A stretch of 64,000 nucleotides of DNA from Lama glama (Eukaryota): assembly GCA_028534125.1 (NCBI GenBank), contig CM052817.1, forward strand, positions 34,226,001 to 34,290,000, given 5' to 3'. Below the pieces are notes generated by a model. That model made no database searches. It saw only the letters and a program-made list of their open reading frames with translations, and was not told where the DNA came from. Positions 52,215 through 64,000 of the stretch are shown here, piece by piece. The position numbers and the translations under genes were made by a program. The first letter of the stretch is position 1; every line of letters starts with the position of its first letter.

Positions 52215-55200
52215 GGTCACTGTGGGAACCCGGTCAGACCCACCACACTACTGACGGTTTTCATGCCATTAAACAGCAAGTAAGTTCATAATTGTGGTGG
52301 TTTATCTCAACACTCCCTGCTGCTTTTAGTGCTTAGCTCAAATGTGATGTTCATCAGCTTCTGCTGGTGGCAAGAGGGAGAGTTTTATCAGAAAATGTAA
52401 AGATCACTTTGTGATGATTATTTCGCCTCTGGGCAAGGCTACCCTAAGTGCCCCCACAAAGCTCTTGGTGGACGTTATCTCCTGAAAGCTCTGGAAATGA
52501 GTACCATGGCGTTTAGTGCCTGCTCCGCTCCACACCCCACACACTTTTTTAAAAAATTTAATACTGGGCTGTCTTAAATCACACAAAATGGCAGTTGATA
52601 AGATATGGAGGAAGCTGTGTTTTTGTCTCAGCCTCGCCCGGACTCTCTCCTCCAGTGCCACTTGGTTCCGGCTGGCCACAAAGCCACTTATGTTCTTGCC
52701 GTCCTAAGTCTACTGCACAGACTCCATCATCTGGCTCGCTAAATGCTCGAGGCAGTCATACTGTCCCCTCGGATGGACTCAGGACTTTACATACAGTGCA
52801 GGATCTAAGGAAGACTGTGGACTAAGAACCCCAGCAGGCAGTGGAGGTCAGCAGTAGCTTAAGACTAACTTTTAATGAACAAGAGGTGTCACTTAAGAGA
52901 AATCATTAGAGCTTCGACATAGGGTGAATTGGTCTCTAGGAATTGGCCATCATAAATCAAAGGGTGGAAGATGTGGCCAACATCCTTTTAAAGAGAGCAG
53001 TTACATCACTAAGCCATCATGTCACAATTTGCCTCAGCAGGGGATACATGTCGGATTCTCAGATCAGACCTTGTCAGTGTTCAAGTATTTCTAATTGGAA
53101 GATGCATAGAGGAGACCAGAAGAGAAAGAACTTCACCTCGCTGAAATGTCGCCGGCCAATCGCTCACCCTTAAGCATTTTCTCCTGCCAAGCACAGAAAC
53201 ACCTCAGAGCCTGACTATTGGAGTGCTAGCTGGCTAATTCAAAGGAAAAAGACTTTCCTTAGATTTTGCTTAAAAATCCAGAATTTTAACTTGCAGTGAT
53301 TTCCTTGCCATCCCACCCGAACTGCTGGCTATTTGCCTGAAAAACCGTGTCTCTATAAAATTTGAAGACCCTCGGAAACATAATTACAAGTGTTTTCATT
53401 GGTTGCTTTGTTCTGATGCCATCTCACAAAGTTCCCAAACAACATAAAGTTAACTATGACAGAAAAGCCCCAAATGAGTTTACAAAGGTCAGGCTAAACG
53501 AGGCTGACAAAGAGAGCGGGTAGAGAAGAGCATATTGTAATGGGCTCTCCCAGCCTGTTTTTCTAATGCATCTTATTTTGGGTTGATCTTAATACTGATT
53601 GGAGTCTGAAGACTGACAGATTTCTCCACAAGCCTAATGACAAGGTGTTCCTAACGAGTCCTAAAAATATTGACTATGAATTTAAGCACTTGAATCAGCT
53701 TCTGGGCTTAAAACCTGGATGTACTCCTTCTTACTAACTGTACAATTTTGTACAAATAAATTCACCTGCCTAAACCGCAGTTTCCTCATCTGTAAACTGG
53801 TGATGATGTTAGTACTGGCTCACAGGGTTGTCATGAGAACTGCATTGGGTAACAGATATGTAACAGGCATATATGTATGCCTTGTCGGGCATCCACCTGG
53901 CTGTTCTGGACGGGTGCTTGGCCTCACCGAGACCAGGTGGCAACCTCATGCCACTGTACCAACCCTGTGTTAGCAGGAAACACTGAGTGGACTGGCTACT
54001 GTACGGAGATTTGGTAGGACTTCTTCAGAGCCTCCGTCGGAGATGACTCTTTCACCCTCCCAATATCAGGGAAACAAATGGACCCCCCCACCCTCCTCCC
54101 CTGCAACCCATGTCCTTCCTCCTCTGGAGCCTAGTGGCTGCTGATGCTGCAGAAAGCTCAGCCTCTTGATCCATCATCAGTCACCATTATCATGATCTGG
54201 CAGGAAGAGATACCTGCCCGCGGTTCCCCCTGGTGGGGGCCTCACCGTAATTGACTAACCAGCCACACACGCCCCTTCCTCACAACTTAATATGCTCAAC
54301 AGCTACTCACACCCCTGTAGGGATTACACTTAACATTGTGCAGCTTTACGGAAACAAACCCTGGGCTTCCTCAGATTCCCTTAAACAGCTCCTTATCTCT
54401 GAGGGGGAGATCTTTATCAGGGCCAGATGGGAGAGGGCCTGTGCTGGTGCCAAGTGACCCCAGGAAAGCCTGGGGCCTAATCAGTCTGCAGGCCTGAAGA
54501 GGGGCCTGAACAGAGTCCCAACCTGAACCAGCTGGGAGGCCAAAGCCAAGGGAGGAGGCTCCTCCCTGCCTTCTGTCCTCCATAAACCTGTCAAAGACCA
54601 AGTCTGGGCCAAGATGACCCACATCAGCTCCTCTTTGCAGGTGACCAGGGCTTCCTCTGTTGACCTTCATGCAACACGGAGCTTGAGCTTGCAAATCCCA
54701 GGAGATGACTGGGCACCTTATCCAGAGTCAAAGTGAAGCCTTGGCCCTCTCCAGGGTGCTGTGGAAGGACTGTTTTGGTAGTAAGACTTGGCTTTTTCAC
54801 TCATGAGCTAGCCATGCCCCTCCAACCCCCAAGGAAACAAATCAACGCTACTGGTTTCCTTTTGCCAAGATGGCAAGGTAGACGGAGGTGGGAGAACCAA
54901 CTCACTTCCCACACAGTTTTCTCAGGGTTGGGGAGATTCCCAGCCTTGACAGACGCTAAAAACACTCCTTTCCCTGGGTTATAACAGTTCAGTTAAAGGC
55001 CTTGTCTTAAGGAACTCTGGGGGAGGGGTGCAGTCCAGTGTAAAGAGCAGGAAATGTCTTCCAGTGTGAGGAGCCCGGGAGCCAGAGGGGCCCTGCTGGA
55101 GTTTTCCAGGCCGTGACTCACAGGGCCGCTTCCCTGCTCACCCCAGCCTGGACTCCAACTCCTCGGCCACTGTGTCTCGGCGCCTCTTCCTGTCTCCAGG

Positions 55201-58200
55201 CCGCCCAGGCTCCTGGACAAAGCAGAAGTCTGGAGTCCACGGCAAATACTGAAGTGTTGTGTATATATTTGGGCGTCATCTGTGGAAGGAGCTATTTTGA
55301 AAACAAACCAAAAAAAATAATAATAGTAACTTCCCTGCCCTCAGAAGAACTTGGTGAGCTCTTCGAAGTGTCTGCTTGAACAATTTGAGACTGAAACCTT
55401 GCTTTTCACCTCTTGAAAAAAGAAAGGAAGACACATTATATTCTTTTTCCCTGATCCATGATAACAGGTAAGGGAATGCTGAGTGCTTATATGCTGAGCA
55501 CTGTGCTAACCACTTACATCCATTAATTTAAATCATCCTTAGAACCACCTTTTGAGATGTGTACTGCTGTTATCTCCATTTTATGAATGAAATGAGAAAA
55601 CGGAGGCTCAGAGAGGTCAGTAACTTGCACATGATCACACAGCTAGTATATGGTGGAGCCAGGATCCAAACATGGGTCTGTCTTACTCAAGAGCCCAGCT
55701 TCCTGGTCTCTAATATTCTGGGCTGAAAGGAAACTTGGAGACCAGCTGATCCCATTGATAGTTTGGTCCTCAGCTCCTCATAACTCCGTAACACCTCCCC
55801 AACAGCCTTACAGAACAATCTCCACTTACTCCAGGGAAGGGAGAACCTGTGAGGCGTAAAGGAATGGGCATGTGGTGGGAAATCAGATGACCCAGGGTCT
55901 GCCATTCTCATGGTTTCTATCCACTGGTCCAACTGCCCTTTGGGAACAGCGAAGAAAGTCAGAATACTTTCCATGGGAGCCCCTTCGTATACTAAAAGAG
56001 AGCCCTTGCGTATTCCCTTAAATCTCCCCTAGTCTAACTAGTTCCAGTTTCCCAGCCATTCTTTATGTAAGGCCACCCTGGTCACCTGCCCACGTTTGCT
56101 GCAGCTTGTTCTCTCTCAGGTGTGGTTGCAAGAATGGAGTGTCAAAATCAAGTTGGTGTGACCAGCTTGGAGACAGTGGGACAGCCCCCCCTCCCCTGAT
56201 CTACACATACTTATCTGGTTAACACGAAGTAAAATTTCCCTCACCTCTTTGGAAACTCCAGCATACCCTGAAAAAACAGTCAACAAAAACCCATAAGATT
56301 TTTTTTTTTGCTCTTGCTGGTACCCAGGAAAACAGACTAAAATGCCAAAAATCAATTTGCTGAGAGCCAATGAGCTAAAATGCTATTTACCGACTGGCCG
56401 AGTGTATTGTTGTATTCCACAGACACTGAATGCCCGTGCTTGTCCAGACACTGTTCTGGACACTGGAGATAAAGCAGTGAACAAAATAGACAAAAATTCT
56501 TGTCTTGGTGAAGCTAACATTCTTAGCATAATGGAATTGCTCCAGCCACTTTTGAGTTCTTCTGATTGCTTTGAATGTCATTTCAACAATGCCTCAGTTG
56601 GCATATGTCTTAATTTTGTATTTCTGGCAGTTAGTAAGAAAAATTCAGCATCTCATATCGATGGGATTAATTTGGATCTCTTTAAGGAATTTACATATAA
56701 ATGGCAAATATGTAATACAATCTTATTCTGAAATTGATGAATTTGAATAAATCATTGAAAATTATTAAGTATATTCATGGGATATAAGCTTATGTCCACC
56801 AACTTTTGAAAAACTGAACTTTCCATAAAATGAAAGACATGAGCGAAAATCAGTCTATGACAAGTTCACAGAAATCTTCAATGCAAACTGATGTAAACTT
56901 TATAAATGATTCTAAAAGTCTGAGGTCTATTGATAAATTTAATTTGATGAGTTAATCATTGGGCAAACTGGCCATCTGACAAAATTATTTTTAGCAGATT
57001 GGTCAGTCCAGCTGATTTTAGCAAACTGACATTTGTTAACCAATTTAAAGCTATTGCTAAGCCATGGTGCTCCATCCCAAAATTTGTGCAGAAAAATCAA
57101 ATTAATTTACTGGAGTCAGTCTTTGAATCCTGACCAGGGCACTTTTCTGAATCCTGACTCTGCCATACTACAGTCCTCCCAGGAACATGGCATCCAGCCA
57201 CTATTCCTCAAGCCGTGAGTCCTCATGACAGTCCTCAAACCTAGTGGACCAGGGACAGCAGAGAATTCCACTGGAGACCTCCACCCAGTTTGTCAGTGGT
57301 AAGTTAATTAACAATCTTTGAGAACTACCTACTATTCAACAGGTTATAAACCTAACTTCTCTACCACCAGCATCATCATAAAAAAAGAGTTAACCTTTAG
57401 TGAATACTTTCCACTTACCAGGTAGTGTGGTGAGTGCTTTCCATAGATATCTCATTTAATCCTCATCCAGCTGAGGAAAGTAAGACTCAAAGAGATTAAA
57501 TAACTTGCACAAGACCAAACAGCTACTAGACAGTGACCCACTTTCTTCCCCTTGCAATCAGATGTTTATTGTAACACTAAGCTTTCACTTTTGGTCAGAG
57601 TGGATTTGTCTTATAGATAAAGCTGCCTGAAAGATGGGGCTATTGAAGCCAACACTTACTAACTAAGACACTGAAAGGTACCCGGCCACCTTCACATGTA
57701 CCTTTTATTTGGTTGGTTGATTTCTCAGATGAGTCAGCTCACTGCCCCCAATCGGGAGAATGGATCTCATCCTGGTTCCCATCTCAAACATGAACACGTT
57801 CCCAGTGTGTAAGTAGACTACGTTCAATCCTGGCATGACCTTGCCTATTGTAGGGGCTTCAGATCTTAACTGCCAGTCTTCACTTGTACCATGGTGAGAA
57901 TAACACCTAACACGAGCGCCCATGGCAAGGATTTAATGAGATAATATATGAGTACCTTGCTGAATGCCTGGCATATGGTAGATGATCAACAATCAACATT
58001 AGTTCTCTGCCCTTTAACCTACTCAGGTCTGAGTGACTGCAGGGCTTCTTCTATGTCCATCACCATGACACAGAGAAATACAATGACAGTTGAATCCTTA
58101 ATATACATCTATCTAAAAATTCTATTATCATGATTAAACTTGCTCTCATATATATGTCATCCAAAATTAACACTTACTGGCATTTTTAAAAAGTGAACGT

Positions 58201-61200
58201 TATGAACTAATTCTATAAGATCTGACTCAGGAATGGTTTCTGGCACAACAACCTCTTGTCTTGTTCCTCAGTCAAAGAAGCAGTAAGCTCTCCAGCAGTA
58301 CAAAAGACTACAAGAATGAAGCTGGGCCCAACACTGAAATTTACTGATGAATGTGGTGATAAGCAAAGAATGAGGGTCTTTTTTTCTCTCTTCATGACAG
58401 GTCCTCAAGGCAATTTGCCAACCATACTAAAAGGGGAAGGGGGGAAAGGCACAGCAATATGTCATGATCTAGTCATGGTGACTGAACTAAAACAAAATTC
58501 ATTTCTACTGACTTCAAGTACATGCTGCTTAAAAGATTCTCAAGGTGGTTTAGACAGGAGAAAACTTTGATTTGTAAAACAGACGCATTTGTGAAATGTT
58601 GCAGGTTACCTGATAGCGTTTTGAAATGCCCAAGGGGAAGTCATTATATAAAACAATCCTTACTGAGGAATCCTAGTTAAACTAATGACAATGATGAAAT
58701 GTATTCTTTCTGTACTTTGGATTTTCATCTACCAGAAAAGTTTAAAATGTAGGACAATAGTATAAAGGTCAACACAATGCTCCTTATGACAAGACGAAAG
58801 ATTCCTCTGGGTTGCCATACAATACCTGCCAGCGCGGAAGTCTTCTAGAAGCATTGTCAGAGCCTCATCTTGCTTTACAAGTGAAATGTAAATTTTTCAA
58901 CATGAGATGAACCGGACAAAAATAAGCCTCATTTCCTCAACCTTCTGTAAGAGGGTGTCCTACTTGGTTTTTAACTTGAGCATCCTGACTCTAAAGCCAA
59001 ATTAAGTCCCCCCACAGTGGAATCTATGTTTAGAATACCTTGAAGGGTTCTTGAACTCAGCCCTTTATTCAAGAACGACTAATAAAGTCAGTAATGAGAA
59101 CTATGCTCAGCTTGTTAAGGGGGAACCCTGAGACATCTAGAGTTCTGGTATAAGATTGAGATTCCTCCTCTCTATGGTTCTGTCAATAGATCTTAACCTA
59201 TGCAGCTCAGAAAGCAGTTCTGACCACAGCCAGCTAAGGTGCCTGGCTTTAGTGAATGCTTAACAAGCATTTGTAGGAACCAGCAATAAGAACCCTTTTC
59301 TATCTCCTACTCTGGCTCGTCACCCGGTCTACACTGTGATGCCTCCATCTTGCTTTAAGGCCCCTATTAATAAAATGAGTAAATATTAATAAACTCTTTT
59401 CAAAAGAGTATCTGGCACACTGAAGCATTTTTAGAGTACAGTTAAATATAAACAAACACATAAATATTTCTTGCTGGAAGTTCAATGCTAAGGGCTGAAT
59501 CTTCTGTATTTGATTTCCATGGAAGGTCTTGCTTCTGCCCGGTATGTGCTGCTGGATCCTGTCTGCCGGTTCTCCCAGTAGCTTGGGGGATGAATGTGGA
59601 ATGTTGCTGCTCACTGTAGATCTAGCCTGAATTCTCTGCTTTTGCGTCTGGGTTTTCATTTCCATTTATGTTCTCTCGGTGGCAATGAATGGAATGTTTT
59701 CAACCCTCTTTGTCAAGAGAAGTCATTTCAGGTTGAAGAGATTCTTCACACCTAGTACCAGGCTCGCACCAAACTTCTTCCCATACAGTGGCTCGTGATG
59801 AGTCATTTCATACCCGATTCCTCCGAAGTGCAAATGAGATCAGTCAGTGAGAGTATCTTTAACACTGAAGAACTCAACCCACTCACATGGATTTATTCCC
59901 AGGAAACGTCACTGCTTGAAGAAGGGAGAGAGCAAAGAGCAAAGAATGGAACAAAACTGGAGCAAATTTCAGCTTTCTGATTCCCTGCCCTTTTCCATTG
60001 TATCTAAAAGTTGAGCGCTTCAAACCACTGAAGTGTGGCCGTGTGCTCTCACCGGTTACCGGTTAAGTCCACTGATCACAGGTTCTGAAGTCCTAAGAAT
60101 AAACAAAAGGTGAAGCTAACCTAACAAATTAAACCGTATATTTTCATTCTTCTATTTTTAAACTAAAAGCTATGAGTGAAGCTATTGACTCTAATGTTGT
60201 TTTACAGGCGTCAAGAAGTTACCTGGAGGTCATAGGTTGTGTTGTAAAGAAAACAAAATCTAAGACACAACTTGACGCCTTCTCAATAACACTCACCTGA
60301 TCACTGTCAGCATTTACTGTAATCCTTGTCTTACCAATAGCCTTCATTAGACTACTTTTTCCCTTAACTCAGAGCTCTTATCGCTGACTCAGACCTCAGC
60401 TGAGCCTGCTCTGTTCTACTTCTTTAGCTCCAGAACTTCGGGCCCGCTTGGCTGTGACATTTCTGTCTGTGTGGCTCCCCCCAGATTCCTCTACTTCTCT
60501 CCAGTCAGATCGAAACCAGAGTAAGTGACTTTATTTTACCTTTTTAACCTCTATTACCTAGGAGCATTCCATAACTTTTCCCCAAAAGAGTTAGACTTAA
60601 AACTGCTTTCACAAAGGCTGCCCAGATTTTTGCTTAGATCTAAACCCTCACTGTGGGAGAGACTCATGTAGAAAATGCAATTTATAAAAACAGGTTAGAA
60701 CCCCCTTTGATCTGTGCTCACCACTCACTTGAAAGCACGGACATGACGTGCCTACTGCCCCTAAGGGAAGAGGGCACACAGATGCGGAAAGATGGGTGTG
60801 AAGAGCTCCTCTCTGAAAGGCTTTAGCTTTCTGGGTTTGCCTACATTTTATCACCTTGGTGATAAATATCTGAGAGAGGTAGAAAGAAAGACATACTAAG
60901 GGAGACAGGAAAACTGGGTTCAGTACAAAGTTGTGGGTTTAAGATTTTTACTTTTCTTCTCTCATTAAAGCAGACAAAGGAATGTGCATTGATAGGAAAA
61001 GTTAGTCTGGGGAGTAATGAACTTAAACCTCCCATAGCTCTCATCTCTTCTGTGATGTGGTTGAGGAGAAAGGCTGCTGGACATGGAGGTGGGAGGGTTC
61101 AGAGGAGCAGAAGTTTAGTGGAAAGAGAGAAACAGAAGGCCAAGGGACAGAGGAGTTTGAGAGGAGGGAGAAGAACAAGGCAAGTCAAGGGACAGAATGA

Positions 61201-61316
61201 GAGAGGCCAGGAGCCAAGGGGAGACAGTGTGGCCTCACCTAAAACACACCAAATGCCTCCAAGTGAAAGCTTTGAAAATAAAACTATGCAGGGAGCACTT
61301 TAAAAAGCCACAAAGT

Positions 61317-61415
61317 GGGGGAGGGTATAGGTCAGAGATAGAGCTCATACTTAGCATGCACGAGGTCTGGGTTCAATCCCCAGTACCTCCATTAAAAAGA
61401 AAAAAGAAAAATAAT
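61317..61415 (+). mobile_element. tRNA-derived SINE (same family)
   Basis: ggggagggtatag...cttagcatgcacgaggtctgggttcaatccccagtacctcc plus an A tail, flanked by ccacaaa repeats. Confidence 0.88.
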
Positions 61416-62712
61416 AAACCACAAACTTCTCTTCAATACAGGGGCAAATGAGGAGTGAAAAGGAGCTAAGAAAGGGGGAGAGGGGTGTGGAAGACAGAAG
61501 AGAGCAGAAGGAGAGGGCCAAACTTCACCTCCAATCATTCTGCCTGAGCTGCTGAAAACATTTCTTCATAAAGTGCAAAGTTTCAACTGAATCCAAATTC
61601 CTGGCATTGGAAACAGCGCCAGGGGCTGTTATGAGCAACAGAATCTCTTTTCCCTAAAATGAAGGAAATTCTGTATTTCTGTGAGGTCTTCTCCATCTTG
61701 AAAAGCTTAGACTCCTCTGCTGTTCATTCACTGGACAACACTGGAACAATGGGAAAGATAGGACCAAGAGGCCTGACGCACAGTTTAATGACATCTGCCA
61801 GAAGACCCTACTCTGCTAATTCCAGCTAGTGGCCCAGTCTGTAAGTGCAGCCCCAGGAAGCACAGACGCCTGGAGCTACCCTCTTTTCCATCATAAAGTT
61901 GTGGGGAATGTCTCAAGGAGATGACAGGGTTTGAAAATGCTACAATGTATATTTTCCAACCACAGGGGAAAAGAGAAATAAACAATGCTGCCATGATTGA
62001 CCACTGCTTGAGGAAAACAAAGCTAGATCCTTACCTCACTCCATATAAAAAAATAAATCCCCAATGGATTTAAGTGCATCAAAAGAAGGAAGATAATTTA
62101 GAATTTGGGGTTAAGAATTGGGAAGACCTTCCCCAATATGATTTTAAAAACTTAGGAAATATTAAAAAAATAATAAAAGATAGGCCTATCCTCTGACTAT
62201 ATAAACACTTCAAAAGCTTGTATAAAAAAAATATCCTACAAAGAGTTGGACTACTTTTTGGTGCCAATGATTTTTAGATAATTTCACTCACTGAATTCAG
62301 GCAAAAGCGATCATTCAAAAGGGTAGTGTTGGATCTGAGGTTCGGACGCTGTACGGACAGCATAAACATTATCAAAAACAATAAATATGCCCCAGACTTT
62401 CCTGCACTGCGAGGTCGGGCCCCTGTCTCAGGATCTCTTACCACCTGATTTTCATGGTTGGTGATTCTAGCAGGCCCGGGGATTCCTCCAGGGCCACAAA
62501 TACTGTTAGAGTACCTATCACGTGTCTCTCAGTCCATGTTTTCAGAATCTCAGAAGTGCTCGGAATAGAACGTGAGTGGGCGTGCGCATGAATTACTTGT
62601 GTAATGGAGAAGTGGAGGGGAGAAGCAATTACACCTCAAGCCAGAAATAGTCACCCTCAAAACAGTTGGGATAGTATTATACCATTGTATTTTTTTTTTT
62701 ACTAAGAATACA

Positions 62713-62718
62713 TTTATT
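62713..62718 (-). terminator. AATAAA candidate distal polyadenylation signal
   Basis: Plus-strand tttatt about 195 nt downstream of the ATTAAA, in an AT-rich context. Confidence 0.4.
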
Positions 62719-62906
62719 GGATTATAAAGTATATAAACATTTTATGAAAATATCCTTTATAAGAAGAATAAGGGAACCAATGAAAATAAAAAACAGCCAC
62801 CTGGAGATGATGTCTGAGTCCCCCGCCTCCAGCTTAGAAGTGAGAGAAGTGACAGGGACAGTCACGCAATCTTGCAAAGGGATTCCTTCATTTTTCACTT
62901 TTTTTT

Positions 62907-62912
62907 TTTAAT
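62907..62912 (-). terminator. KDR: ATTAAA polyadenylation signal (proximal) of KDR
   Basis: Plus-strand tttaat at the end of the conserved UTR block (minus: ccattttATTAAA). Confidence 0.6.
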
Positions 62913-64000
62913 AAAATGGCAACAACTGCTAAAAGCATTATGACCTTTGTTATGCTACATAATACTGATACAAAATGTGAATAGTACAAAGTTCATTATA
63001 ATATAAGGTTTTAATATATTACATTTGTTTCTACATAAACAGACTATAAATATATGTGCCATAGCATGTTTTATAGTCATGGTTCCCAGCATCTCACACT
63101 ATGGTACCAAACGAAAAATACGTTTTCTTTTTTAAAAAGGAAAGAACAAGGGCAGAAACCAGTAGAAACAGCTTTACATGTTAAAAGTCTAAATAATACA
63201 AGATGTTTATAACTTTGGCTACACAATAACTGTGAAATCTGGCTAATAATTACTCGGAGGGTGAACAAAACCAAATTGGCTTTTACTAGGGTGTAGAGGC
63301 CAAAGTTCTAAAATACTGACTGGTTCAGTAAAATACTGAAGGGAGTGGAGAGGGGAGAAGGAACAAGAGAGTCAAATCCTTCCCAAAGCTTTGACACCAC
63401 AGCTTGACACAGACCTACTGCATTCAGGCTCAGACATGTCACATCAGGACAGATAAGTGCGTATCCGTCCAGAAGCCGGAGCTGGTTTATACAGCCAGAA
63501 ACCTTTGCCACGCCAGGGAGCTTCCATCTGCATGTCCTCTCTTTGTGCAGTTCTGAATCAAGGATCAGCCTGGGAGACAAGGAACCAGGGCTGCATCACT
63601 TCCTTCCTGGGGCTTGGCCAGGAGACACGTAAGAGTCCGGAAGGAACTCTCATTAGGAGTTTTTGGAAACAGCGCAGGGAACTCTGATTTGGCCCCAGTG
63701 GGAAGAGCACGCAATCTTCTAAAACCAGTCGCCTGTCTGAAGCCTTGACGGTTCCTAACAGACCCCACGCCCACCCCACCAGAGCCAGCACCAGGCACGC
63801 GGCGCTCTCTAAGCCAGCCAGCATCTTCCTTTCCATCCGTCCAAACCCGCCATGTAACACGTGGCTCGGGACCCACATCCTAAACAAAGCTTCTTACATG
63901 GACTCAGCCCTAAAAGTCTTTCCCATCTTCAACACCTAAAGCACTTCCATTGCCTGATTTATCGTCCAGGTGTCGACTCCCCAGGTACTGCTACTTCTTG

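Larger units (their letters stand above)
62700..64000 (-). other. KDR: 3' UTR (terminal exon, non-coding part) of vascular endothelial growth factor receptor 2
   Basis: The minus strand reads caagaagtagcagtacctggggag..., ttacgtgtctcctggccaagccccaggaagga..., ttttgtatcagtattatgtagcataacaaaggtcataatgc..., gaaggaatccctttgcaag. These blocks are colinear with the human KDR 3' UTR as I recall it. The CDS lies beyond the window. Confidence 0.88.

Noticed and set aside
63308..63939. Several overlapping ORFs at the right end
   Set aside because: They lie within sequence recognised as the KDR 3' UTR.
1..64000. CRISPR arrays, operons or other prokaryotic systems
   Set aside because: The sequence is clearly mammalian (L1, L2, MIR, SINE, processed pseudogenes), and I saw no regularly spaced repeat-spacer array.

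Overview
Mammalian, repeat-rich, essentially intergenic DNA. The short tRNA-derived SINEs and the L1 3' ends look camelid (alpaca/camel-like); this is an inference. The right end (~62.7-64.0 kb, minus strand) matches, from recall, the 3' UTR of KDR (VEGFR2). By conserved mammalian synteny the window is therefore probably the interval downstream of KDR towards KIT. I found no supportable spliced protein-coding exon, and almost all ORFs in the track are chance or repeat-derived. Recognisable gene-derived inserts are: an ATP5MJ/ATP5MPL (6.8PL) retrocopy with an intact 60-aa ORF; a full-length decayed PMPCB processed pseudogene nested in an old L1 ORF1; a U6 snRNA pseudogene; and a very degraded stathmin-like fossil near the left end. 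There are also candidate CTCF sites, enhancer-like motif clusters and a few strong orphan splice signals. I found no convincing new multi-gene system. The stathmin fossil, the intact retro-ORF and a speculative IZUMO-like remnant are the best leads. Repeat subfamily names and most repeat boundaries are approximate (by eye, no RepeatMasker).
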